A stretch of 64,000 nucleotides of DNA from Octopus vulgaris (lineage: Eukaryota), in assembly GCA_951406725.2 (NCBI GenBank), contig OX597824.1, positions 61,256,001 to 61,320,000 on the forward strand, written 5' to 3'. Every line of letters begins with the position of its first letter. Position 1 is the stretch's first letter. The position numbers were made by a program, and so were the translations under genes. This document shows, piece by piece, positions 39,798 through 52,427 of the stretch. Under the pieces are notes generated by a model. The model did not search any database. It was not told where the DNA came from and saw only the letters and a list, made by a program, of their open reading frames with translations.

Positions 39798-39800
<3 letters not shown>
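36230..39800 (+). mobile_element. CR1/L2-group LINE, near full length, decayed (ORF1 remnant + APE + RT)
   Basis: ELTETHL, HGGVAMY, YRPPD, GDFNLP, PTRAGNILDL; YRPIFLTS, QHGFRPGRSC, AKAFDKVDH, SGVPQGTVLGP, YADDTK; (AAATC)n tail. Confidence 0.95.
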
Positions 39801-39851
<51 letters not shown>

Positions 39852-39852
<1 letters not shown>

Positions 39853-40967
39853 TACTGCTGCTACTACATAGTTACCTATGTATCAGTGCATATAGAGACT
39901 TTCGCTTGACATCCAGTAATCAGAACGGGCTACATTAAGCCACAGTAATGGACATGTACATGGTTTATCGAGACAGAAAGGATGGAAAGTAGAAGCGACT
40001 TTTCTTTGTGTCATTTTTTCTTGCTTTCCAATTGAATAAATTGTTACTGCTCCCTTCCTGTGAGTAAACAACATAGAGTTGGCTGTGGAAGAAGCATGTA
40101 GTAGTGAGATGAAGTCCAACCACCTTGAAGATTTGTTAACTGAAATACCAAAACTTAAATTCAAATGGAACATCTTTAGGTATGAGATGAAATTTTGGTA
40201 TAAAGACATTTTATTCAATCTGACTACCTGTTTTGATTGTTGCCTGTAGGACACGGGGCTTCATAGAAGTAACAATTAAGCAAATTCTATCACACAGGTG
40301 AGGTGGGTCAAGATTCCTAAGCAACATAATGGGAGCATCTAGTTTTTGTGTCAAGTTATGCAGTGACATCCCAGTGGGTTTAAGTGTGTTCAGAAATCCA
40401 ACAGGGTAGTGAACAACCGGATTTTGATTGACTGTTATGGGAATTGATGGAAAAGTCATTTTTGATGTACCTGTTAACTGCTCAAGTTCATGATTGAGTT
40501 ATCAACCATTTCATTTGTTGGAACCAGAGTAACTCTTTCACATAGCCAGTTTACATCAGCGTAATTGACAATCACACATACACTCACACACGCTCACAGG
40601 TACATATACACTCATATACGCTCATATACAAAATGTGTGGTGGTGGTATAAAGTATCCTTTACTATCTGGTACGTAACGAACGCGCAAGCAAACACACAC
40701 TGACAGACACACATTCATATACAAAATGTGTCGTCCTTTTCTATGTCGTACATAACGAACGCGCAAACACGCACATATTCACTGACACACACACACACAC
40801 ATATACAAAATGTGACATCGTCGTCGTCGTTGTGGTACAAAATGTCCTGTACTATAGTTCAGTATAGAAAGATTATTTTCGAGAAAATGTTATATTCTTT
40901 TAATCCATATGAAAATAAAAATTACATAGGGAACAGACAGACAGACAATGAATTTTGTATATATAGG
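39852..40967 (-). mobile_element. internally deleted Helitron with PIF1-helicase fragments
   Basis: WLCERVTLVPTN, YPVGFLNTLKPTGMSLHNL..APIMLLRNLDPPHLC, VFIPKFHLIPKDVPFEFK; 3' hairpin tacatag-gtaa-ctatgta then GTAG|T; 5' ctatatatacaaaa..gtctgtctgt. Confidence 0.85.
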
Positions 40968-41603
40968 CTAAAAACAAACTCTCAAATACGCCGTCTGGAA
41001 AACTATGATTTTATTAAGCTTAGGTTTTCATCGGGATATAATAGTGAAACCGAATTGCGATCTAGACAATGTGAGAGCGAAACTATATCTCTAAATACGG
41101 AAAAGATTCGCCATTCTGCATCGTTATTTAATCGTATTGAATAAAATCAATAAGACAGACAAAATCTACTAATTTCTAACTCAGGTCTAACAGTGAAATT
41201 GGTCGGAAAGGCCGGAAGTCTTTTTAGAAAATTTCTTTCACTGCTTTATTTTGTCTTGTAAGAAAAGAATATTTTTAGAAAAAAAGGTATCTTTATACAT
41301 CTTTTAATTCCTTTCTCACCTTAGTGATGCAGTAATTTACGATGGAAACTTGGAAACAAATATCCGCACCAGTCTGTATTACAACATTCCGTTTTCCCGT
41401 TTTCTTTTTTTGTCGGTACATATGTGCTTCTTTGTCTGCTTGTCTGTCTTTTCCAACCCCTCTCTCTCCCCCTCTCCCTCACACACACACAAACACACGC
41501 ACACACACACAAATACATGTATACGGACGCACAAATATGTATACCTGTATGCTTTTATAGGAATAAAAATGTTTTTCTTGTATTTATATATGCACGTAAG
41601 CAT

Positions 41604-41655
<52 letters not shown>

Positions 41656-41658
<3 letters not shown>

Positions 41659-42066
41659 GTCATCGTCGACTTACGACCACAGTTGGTTCCAACTAATTGA
41701 TCGTAAGTCAGCCTATAGGCCTACATAGCTTTGTTTTATCTTTTTATATTCTTCAGGTACATTCTCAGGTAAAAGTCACACACAGTAATCTGTATTATAC
41801 TATTATACTAGCATTAGTAAAAAAATTCGGAGTCTCAAGCAGTCGTCTTATAAACAAATACAAGGTTGCTTCGATGTCTCCATGACAGGATGGTCATAGA
41901 ACACAGTGGCGATCGATAACCAAACCTAGTGGAAAAGTTTGTTAGTTGATATCATCCGTTTCTAAGAAATTAAATCCATTAGATTTCAACTAGATTATTT
42001 ATTATTGCTGCCGGGAGCTGTTGTGCCGGTCGTCGTAAGTCGATCGGTCGTAAGTTGGCTAGCTCG
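41656..42066. mobile_element. pogo/Tigger-like MITE
   Basis: TA-CAGGTCATCGTCGACTTACGACC ... GGTCGTAAGTTGGCTAGCTCG-TA. Confidence 0.65.
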
Positions 42067-42070
42067 TACA

Positions 42071-42193
<123 letters not shown>

Positions 42194-42195
42194 AT

Positions 42196-42612
42196 AGGCG
42201 TAAGAGTTGCAGTGAGGTAAGTAGCCTGCTTACCAACCACATGGTTTCGGGTTCAGTCCTACTACATGACATCTTGGGCAAGCGTCTTTTAGTATAGCCT
42301 CGGGCCGACCAGATCCTTGTGAGCGGATTTGGTAGGCAGAAACTGAAAGAAGCCCGTCGTATATATGTATATATATATATGTGTGTGTCTGTGTATGTTT
42401 GTGTGTCTGTGTTTGTCCCCCTAGCATTGCTTGACAATCGATGCTGGTGTGTTTATGTCCCCGTCAATTAGCGGTTTGACAAAAGGGATCGATAGAATAA
42501 GTACTAGGCTTACAAAGAATATGCCCTGAGGTCGATTTTCTCGACTAAAGGCGGTGCTCCAGCATGGCCACAGTCAAATGACAGAAACAAGTAAAAGAGT
42601 AAAAAGTAAAGA
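42196..42612 (+). mobile_element. SINE family A full-length copy
   Basis: tRNA-like head, GGGTTCAGTCC B box, internal TA/TG run, tail GGCGGTGCTCCAGCATGGCC..GAAACAAGTAAAAG. Confidence 0.9.
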
Positions 42613-42671
42613 GTATATGTGTATGTGTGCGAGTGTATGTCTGTGTGTGCGTATATGTGTTTATATATATA

Positions 42672-42738
<67 letters not shown>

Positions 42739-42879
42739 AAATAGGGTAATAATAAATTAATAAATTAATAAAAGTCTTAATAAATTAGAATGATTCCATT
42801 TTGCAGTGTAAAGCTTGAAGTCGATGGGCAAATGAGTAAATTAACAAATAATCTCTTCTTTTATTTTATGTATTTGTAT

Positions 42880-42997
42880 TCACTCTGATGAAGCTACATG
42901 TGCTAGATCGGATGTGCTATAAAAATGACGAATATTATTCCCATAATTATCTTTGGAGGCATCGACTGACATTGGTAGCTGAAACGGCTGTAAGCAA
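42880..42997 (+). ncRNA. hammerhead ribozyme motif in Penelope-like pLTR (~42735-43130)
   Basis: CTGATGA(42885)-AGCTAC...GTAGCT-GAAAC-ggct-GTA; perfect 6-bp stem II base with long insert. Confidence 0.6.
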
Positions 42998-43149
42998 TAT
43001 TAAAGTTTTTTATAAAAAAATTATTGACCGATGGTGGTCAATTTGTTGATGAAAAGTTTTCTCCATTTTCTGCTTATTTTAAATTTGTTTCCTCAAAAAC
43101 TCTTCATTATTGAGTTATTACCTGTACCGTATGATCATAATATGTATGT

Positions 43150-43335
43150 ATGACTATAAAGGATATAAAATGTTCAGGCGCAGGTGTGGCTGTGTGGTAA
43201 GAAGTTTGCTTCCCAACCACATGGTTCCGGGCTCAGTCCCACAGCGTGGCACCTTGGGCAAGTGTAAAAGGCGGTGCTCCAGCATGGCCGCAGTCAAATG
43301 ACTGAAACAAGTAAATGATAAATGATAAATGATAA
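43150..43335 (+). mobile_element. chimeric SINE A (head fused directly to tail)
   Basis: 43150-43265 identical to 44610-44725, then aaaaggcggtgctccagc tail. Confidence 0.85.
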
Positions 43336-43439
43336 TGTGCATGCATGCCCATGCCCAGGGTTAACATAGGTAATTTATACCGGGAGTGATAACGGATATT
43401 CTTAGACGGTAATTCCAACCGCTAACCCTACTTACCTTA

Positions 43440-43640
43440 TGTATGTATGTATGTATGTATGTATGTATGTATGTATGTATGTATGTATGTATGTATGTAT
43501 GTATGTATGCATGCATGCATGCATGCATGCATGCATGTATGTATGTATGTATGTATGTATGTATGTATGTATGTATGTACGTACGTACGTACGTACGTAT
43601 GTATGTATGTATGTATGTATGTATGTATGTATGTATGTAT
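43440..43640. repeat. (TATG)n with CATG/TACG variant blocks
   Basis: Direct sequence. Confidence 0.95.
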
Positions 43641-44022
43641 GTGTGTATGTATATGTGTGTGTATAAATATAATTTAGAAGATTAATACGGAAGACGTAGT
43701 GTAACAAGAAGCATTTATTATCACAACAATCGATTGCTGTGCTAATAAATGCTTCTTGATACGTTCCGTCTCATTTGAACGTCTCATTTAAAATACATCC
43801 TTCGTTCCCCTTGGAACTCCGGAGGCAGATCCAAAGACAAACGCAGAGTATTGCTGATGACGCCTGGTGGTGAACGTGGTCTGCAGACACATTACCTGGG
43901 ACTTTCCCTGAAACAAGGTTTGGATACTGCATTTAATGCCTTTCTAGACCTTAATTCTTTAATTTTAGATTCGACTTATTATATATTCATACACACACAC
44001 ACCCATATATATATATACACAC

Positions 44023-44124
<102 letters not shown>

Positions 44125-44329
44125 GCATTATGAAGATATACAAGACTTGAAACTAATATCAGTGACATATAAATTTCATAAAGGAGCCATTTTAATTCCA
44201 TCCTTTTAAACAGAATATACAAGCATTTTGTAAGTTTAAACTAATAGAGTTCTATTTTATTTCATATCACAGGATAATAATTTTGCAATCCCTTGACGAC
44301 CTTTAGGAAAGCTATTGTGTTATTGTCTA

Positions 44330-44542
44330 CAATGGTTCTCAGCCGAGCTCTTGGGGTTCCATATAAAATCAGGTTGAAATTTATCTGCAATAGACAGGTC
44401 TGCACTTCTACAAATAAAAATATTTTAACCATTCTTTTATGCATTTCCTGATAATATTAAAAAAGCGACTTGTTTGGGGTGTTCATCCGAGTAAAATAGG
44501 AATCAAAGAGTCCCTTGGGTATAAAATGGTTGAGAAACACTG
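44330..44542. mobile_element. hAT-type MITE
   Basis: Imperfect TIRs CAATGGTTCTCAGCC / GGTTGAGAAACACTG; TSD not preserved. Confidence 0.65.
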
Positions 44543-44635
44543 CTCTGATATAAACATGTATCACACTAAAATTCGATGTTTATGATGATTGTTAATGTAA
44601 CGATAGGACATGACTATAAAGGATATAAAATGTTC

Positions 44636-45145
44636 AGGCGCAGGTGTGGCTGTGTGGTAAGAAGTTTGCTTCCCAACCACATGGTTCCGGGCTCAGTCCC
44701 ACAGCGTGGCACCTTGGGCAAGTGTCTTCTACTATAGTCTTCGGGTCAACCAAAGCCTTGTGAGCGGATTTGGTAGACGGAAACTGAAAGAAGCCCGTCG
44801 TATACATATACATATGCTAGATGTGTCGAAATAATTGTCATGATTAATAAAAATTCTCGTATCTTCCATCTTCCGTCTTTCATTTACCATATACTACACA
44901 CACACATGCTCGTGCGCACGCGTGTGTGTATTTTTGTCTGTGTTTGTCCTCTTCATCATCGCTTAACAACGGATGTTGGTGTGTTAACGTCCCCATAACT
45001 TAGCCATTCGGCAAAAGTAACCGATAAAATAAGGCTTACAAAGAATAAATCTTGGGGGTCGATTTCTTCGACTAAAAGTCGATGCTCCAGCACGGCCGCA
45101 GTCAAATGACTGAAACAGGTAAAAGAATAAAAAGAATAAAAGAAT
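44636..45145 (+). mobile_element. SINE family A full-length copy
   Basis: Head, body and tail as 42196-42612. Confidence 0.9.
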
Positions 45146-46550
45146 TATTCTAGGACATGTTTTAAATGATGATATAACACACTTACAAGCACCCATTGCT
45201 TGTCGACCACGTTACTGATTACACCCAAAACACCAAAACCATATTTTTATGAATGGTTATGCTTTTCCAAGGACAACCTCATCATAAACATAGAACTAAG
45301 TCTAATATTTGAGTGGTGTCAGTGAAAGTACAAAACAGCTCTTGTGATACTTCTTCGATTGTCAATAAATTATTTTTATAGAAATATAGTGGTGATGTTA
45401 CTGTTATTGTTTACAGTTCCGTATTATCTCCCCGTAGAGTATCACACCGCATTGAATGCTTTGGCCATGAAGACATCTCTGTGCAAGTGATAGAAATCAA
45501 ACTTTCCTATCTTGTGACCAGATCCTTTCAGTCGTTGTTTTTGCATTGTTTATATATATATTTTTCTCTATTTTAAAGAATTTTTGTGTCGTTTCAGAAT
45601 TCCATTTGTCTTCGATGTATCTCTGTAGAGTTTAAAATTAAAATTTAATTTAAATTAAGAAAATGTTGTTCTTAAAGGAAATAGATAGAGAGGGAGAGAG
45701 AAAGAAAGAGAGAGAGAGAGTATGGGTGTGAGAAAGGGAGAGAGTGTAAGAGTGAGCGAGCGGGTGAAAGATGAAGAGAAATGTATGCTGTTATTTAAAT
45801 TTATGCGTGTTTACATAAACAAACGTATACACATATATCCCATATTCATATTCTTTCATACACACATATATACACACGCACGTACACACGCACGCACCGA
45901 TGCACATATATTCATATGTGCACGTGTGTACGTGTATGTGAAAGAAGACACGTCAAATAGCGAATTGTTAAATTGTTATGGATGTATACGCAAAACTACT
46001 TGAATTGTATCGATCAGTAGAATGGACTTTTGTAGCTGTATAAATGTTAGCGTTCGGCTGTATTTGAGTATGCGCTCATCTGTTAAATCTCTGTATATGT
46101 ACACACGGTTGTTGATCTATTGATGGCAGCTCCGTATCATGCCAGACATTGCCATATCAAGTAGAAAAACTACATAAATTTACTTGGCTTTGTTCACATA
46201 ATTCACTGGGGAAACTCTTAGCGTCAGTAAATTTTATCTCAGTTAAATTTATCGCATGCTTCTGTTACATGTCTCTCCATTTTTTCCCGTAGGCGTCCGA
46301 AGCAGAAGTTTACTCTTATTGTGAAAACGCAATCCGTGTAGTTTGAGGAAAAAGAAAAATTGTTGCTCCTGTCTGGTCATCTGAATGGAAACACTTGCAT
46401 TCATAGACTTTTTCATTTCTTTCGTTCTCTCTTCGATCTTGTATTACATAATTTTCAGCAAAGCAAATAAATATTTTCATATTCTATTATTTATTAGATT
46501 CAGGTTTTAGCCATACTGGAGCAAAATCGATATAATATTTATTGGTTACA

Positions 46551-46678
46551 TTCTTCTTCTTCTTCTTCTTCTTCTTCTTCTTCTTCTTCTTCTTCTTCTT
46601 CTTCTTCTTCTTCTTCTTCTTCTTCTTCTTCTTCTTCTTCTTCTTCTTCTTCTTCTTCTTCTTCTTCTTCTTCTTCTT
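46551..46678. repeat. (TTC)n microsatellite
   Basis: Pure run. Confidence 0.97.
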
Positions 46679-47113
46679 GAGTGTCTTCCCGACACGTAGG
46701 ACAAAGAAATTCACTGTTTACATTGATATGCCATTAAACTATACACACCAGATTGTTCATTTTCAAAATGAAATGAAGTTATGTGAAAAAAAACCCAAAA
46801 CCTGGTTGGTAATTGCTGTCACATCTACAATGCCCTTATCAATACGTGTGGTGTACCATTTAAAACAATATTTTGCACTTCTTGCATGGATGATAAGCCA
46901 GGGATCATTCTCAAATAATTTTCAGTTCCTTTCTTGATCGGTCAAGGTGCTCCTACAATCACAGGTATTGTAACCGATTGAGATGCCACATTTCTTTCAA
47001 TTTCAATGACCAAATCTTTATATTTTCTGAGCTTGTCAAATTCTTTTGCCGAGATATTTCTGAGCTTGTCAAGAAATACTCATGTCGATCAATACATAAA
47101 CGTTACAGCTTTG

Positions 47114-47114
<1 letters not shown>

Positions 47115-47177
<63 letters not shown>

Positions 47178-47209
47178 CATTATTATTATTATTATCATCA
47201 TCATCATCA

Positions 47210-47288
<79 letters not shown>

Positions 47289-47296
47289 CATCATCA

Positions 47297-47367
<71 letters not shown>

Positions 47368-47377
47368 GCTATTGTTG

Positions 47378-47433
<56 letters not shown>

Positions 47434-47440
47434 GCTATTG
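47115..47440. repeat. (TTA)n/(TCA)n microsatellite
   Basis: Direct sequence. Confidence 0.97.
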
Positions 47441-47444
47441 TTGT

Positions 47445-47814
47445 CGGGCTGGACAAAATGCTTAGCGCCATTTCATCCATCTTTACATTCTGATTTCAAG
47501 TTCCGTTGAACTCGACTTTGCCCTTCATTCTAAAGCACCAGTTAAGTATTTGGTTCGTTGATGCAGAACAACACCTTCTCAAACTACCTGGCTTTGTGCT
47601 CATATCAAAAGCAATTATCATATGAGCAGTGGATTGGTAGACTCGATAGAATGTCGGAGAAAATGTCTTGCAGTATTTCTTCCGGCGTTTTACCTTTTGA
47701 GTTTAAGCCTCGATCGAGGTCTCAACTTGACTTTTCATCCTTTCGGCATGGAGGAAATAGAATTCCGATCAAGTATCGACTTAAACCGTCACGTCGAAAG
47801 TGATGGGTTTATGT

Positions 47815-47815
<1 letters not shown>
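47445..47815 (+). mobile_element. two decayed SINE family B copies
   Basis: ggacaaaatgcttagcgccatttc and ttgacttttcatcctttcgg. Confidence 0.65.
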
Positions 47816-47997
<182 letters not shown>

Positions 47998-48529
47998 ATT
48001 AGTATTATTATTATTATTATTAGAAAAGTAAAGGCGAAATGCTTGAGAAGTCAACGAACATTTTCCTACGCGTAATACTATAATCATCATTACCACCGCT
48101 ACCATATTACAAAAAGTAACAATAGAAAAAAATCACCACGACCACCACTACTAAAAGTCGTAACAATAACAACACAAATGCTAACAACTAAACCCGCAAA
48201 CACAACAACAGCCACAGTTACTAATTACTACAATCAGGGCATAAACAACAAAGACCAACTTATTTATTAAGTTTTCAACTACGCCATTCTATGAGTTAAT
48301 GGAAACCGTAAAATTCAACGAAGACATACGTCTCAGAAGGAACAACATCGTGGACCACCTCTCTCAAATCGCACGAACTTGATTTCTGTTGAGGATTACA
48401 TTAGAACTGATTCCCAGAGGATGAGCTGGACTCCCGCAAAAGACAGCCAATGCAATACTACAGAAACCTTTAGAGAAATCCCGATGACCTATTTGCTCGG
48501 TGTTTTTCTCCATACAAAATAACCTTACA

Positions 48530-49130
48530 GAGAACTGATTGCATAAATTTATGCTACTTGAGACTAGATTGCAAACAAAGTAATTTGCTTAACAACCTTA
48601 AATCACTGGATGTTGGCGTGATAGCCATCAGGTATCATATCTATGTCTTGTGGGCTGAAACCGATATTCCCGGAACGCGCAAAATTGCACCCATCTTTGA
48701 CGTTTGCGACGTGTATGCAATTTATTGATGACCTGGATCGAGCAGGATAGAAATTATTTTGAGGCAAGGGCAATCTACCTAGACCCCTGGATGGAAAATC
48801 AGTGGTACTAAATGTGAATAGCAAGGGGAGTGGTGTCAGATTAGTGGCTCTTTAAACATCGAGTAGGTCCGGACGGTTGTTGCATTTCTTCAGGTATCTC
48901 GAAGCATTCTTGGGAACATTCACCTATTAATGTTGGTGGACGACTAGAATATGTTAGATGTATATACAAGGCGTACATTCGTATTTTGGAATTACATGAG
49001 AGTAGCCAATAGAAGAGTGAGTTGTAAAATCTCCGCAAGTTTTTGAGACAATTCCAGTTGTCTGACAGGTAACGACTATCTGGAATCTACTAAGGTAAAC
49101 TTGGACAAACAATATTTTATCTCACAAATC
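48530..49130 (+). mobile_element. Tx1/L1-like LINE APE endonuclease remnant
   Basis: INLCYLR..KQSNLLNNLKSLDVGVIAI, RGVV, VGPDG, LMLVDD*N (GDWN-like). Confidence 0.5.
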
Positions 49131-49976
49131 GCAATTCATAGAATATTTGTTAGTTACCGTAATTATTCTGCTGCGGTCGTTTATCCATTCAGAGCAAGTG
49201 GATGATTCTAGTCTCGCTTAAGTTGTAACCATTCACTATAATATTTAGGGTTGCGCTTAATGTGGAATGAAAGTGTCAGAACAAGGATGGGAAAAGTAAA
49301 TCTTGGAATATTAGTACTTTAATATTAATACATTTGTATAAATTGCATCAAATTGTGGGACACATCTTCTTACAGTAGATTTCTATTTTAGCATGTTACT
49401 TCCATAAATCATAATAATTTGTAGATTTATCTAGAAACGAATACGATACATTGTCTATTCAGGTAGTATGTATATTCCTCTGTTTCCACCAACTATTTTC
49501 TAATATTGTTTTATTTATCAGTTGTTTTTATAGCCATAAAAGCCTATCTCTTGGTTTCGCTCATCTCATATCAATGCAAGAATATGATAAAAAGCTTCCT
49601 CAAGGATGTCTTGACAATCTAGATGGTATAAGTTATTTAAATTGTCAAGGAATTCGTCAGTATGACTTCTGACAAAATGAGCATTTATAATTAAGCTGCA
49701 TCATAGACGATGAAAATTATTAAGCCAATTTTTCAACGAAGTTTTTGTAATATTCACCTTTTAAAATCCCAGTTGCCACCAAAAGATTGTTTTACGTTCT
49801 TTGGAAACAGATAATTTTAATAAATCAAGAATTCATGCTTAATGATATTTAATATATCTTTATTTATCTTTGTTGATCAAATACATACCACTCACCACAT
49901 CGAATTATTTCTCTTAGCTCATTTTTGTGTAAATTTTTGTATAAATCATTTAAATCCCTTTTTCTCTCACTCTCTT

Positions 49977-50390
<414 letters not shown>

Positions 50391-50834
50391 TGCATATTAC
50401 GTATACAGGAAATAATGTACACATGACTAGTGATGCAATTTAAAGAATTATAGCTAATTTAAATCTCTTAAGATTGCCGATCCCAGAAGCCACAAAATCG
50501 GTAGCAGGAAAATATTTCACGATTTCCATTAGAATATTTATTATTTTTTTCCCCTTTTAACCCAAAGCGCACTTTTTTTTAAACTTCTTCAACGAAAGCA
50601 TGCTACGCTAAAACGATAATTCAGAAATTGCTAAAAGCATGCCAAAAAGAATACAGTTCATAGTGAGATTCAGTGTTTCAGATTTTAATATCACTTCACG
50701 AAATATTGGAGATAATCCTTTAAAGGGCCAAAGTTGATTAAAGGGTAAATGTACTTTCGTGGGTACTCCACCTACTTGAAATAGCAACCAAATCTTTCTC
50801 AAATTACTCTCTACGCGCTAGAAAAAAAAAGGAC

Positions 50835-50928
50835 AGGGGCAGACATGGCTATCTAGTAAGAAACTTGCTTCCCAACCTCATCGTACCGAATTCAGTCCCA
50901 CTGCGTGGCAACTTGGGCAAGTGTTTAT
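50835..50928 (+). mobile_element. SINE family A head fragment
   Basis: gtaagaaacttgcttcccaac..ttcagtcccactgcgtggcaacttgggcaagtgt. Confidence 0.8.
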
Positions 50929-50974
50929 GTATGTGTGTCTATAATATACACACATACATGCACACACACCCACA

Positions 50975-51015
<41 letters not shown>

Positions 51016-51062
51016 GTGTGTATATATATGTATATATATGAATATATATGTATGTATGCATA

Positions 51063-51129
<67 letters not shown>

Positions 51130-51130
<1 letters not shown>

Positions 51131-51650
51131 TATTTAATGTAGGATAAAACTTTCGAAAAAAATTTTATCAATGGCCAGCATATTAAAAATAAAGGTTAAA
51201 TTTATAAACAACTTATAAATAAAATTTTTTTCGAAAAAATTTTATCCTACATTAAATAGAAATTTAATAGTGTTCACTTCCGGACTCTCTCACTTTGTGA
51301 GAGCCTCAGTTCAAATCGCACGTGTCTTGAATGGGCCGGAGAATTTCTATTTTGGATGTATTTGGGGTACTTAATTGTGCTCATGACTTAGTGTTTGCTT
51401 CTTCCATGGGTATGAGTAAGTTTCTCATTTATTTCTTTACCACATTTATCACTGACGAAGGGATGGTTCTTATGAACTAACCCTGAAATCGGTCCGATAT
51501 GGTAATAATGGAATTTTTTAGAAATTTCTGTCGACTTTTTTCAAGTAGCGTGCGTATTGTGAAAAATATATGGTTATGGACAATGTCTAATTTCGGCATA
51601 TTTGGCATTAGACATTTTTTCGTTTGCCCTTATTTATAAGTTGTTTATAT
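51130..51650 (+). mobile_element. Penelope-like pLTR with inverted terminal segments and hammerhead motif
   Basis: 51131-51160 inverted versus 51228-51257; tataaacaacttataaat inverted at ~51631-51648; CTGACGA-stem-GAAAtcgGTC at 51452-51494. Confidence 0.7.
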
Positions 51651-51651
51651 A

Positions 51652-51687
<36 letters not shown>

Positions 51688-52243
51688 GACAGATACAGGC
51701 AATACAGACAGATACAGGTAGGTGAACACATAGAAAGGTGTGCTGGGAACATTAATCCTAATTTCCTAATTTTTCCCTTCTATCAATGTTCACAGAACAC
51801 CTCAGTACAACAAAGAATGAATAAAGAGGCAACTTTCATAAATAAATATCTACTACAATTCAATATGAACACATAACTTAATACAGAACACTATTAACCT
51901 TTCAATTAATACCACCCATACATCCCATACACCATTCACATTATATCTACCCTAATTGCACCAAATCCAGAACTACTTACATCCCTTACACATAATCTTT
52001 TTACTCAGGGACTAGTAGACCCGACACCGTTCGGTAATCGGTGCACATTCAAAGCAGTGGTCAGTAATTTTACGAAACCAGTATGCTTTTGAATCTCTCT
52101 AACAATTCACAATAATGACTTGTATTACTTTTATTCCTACATCAGTTCATCTAATTGTAAATATGTATCGTTACTCTTCATAAAACCCTTTACTTGTTTG
52201 ATTTTCAATGTGTTTTGTCGCTTAGTTTTCCTGTTGCTTTCCT

Positions 52244-52316
<73 letters not shown>

Positions 52317-52373
52317 TATCACATACCTCCTGAATTTCTTTATATTCTCCCTCTCTCTCCCCCTATATATATA

Positions 52374-52427
<54 letters not shown>

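Noticed and set aside
43851-43928. CTGATGA...GAAAC possible hammerhead
   Set aside because: Stem II does not close next to the core and the cleavage site is unclear
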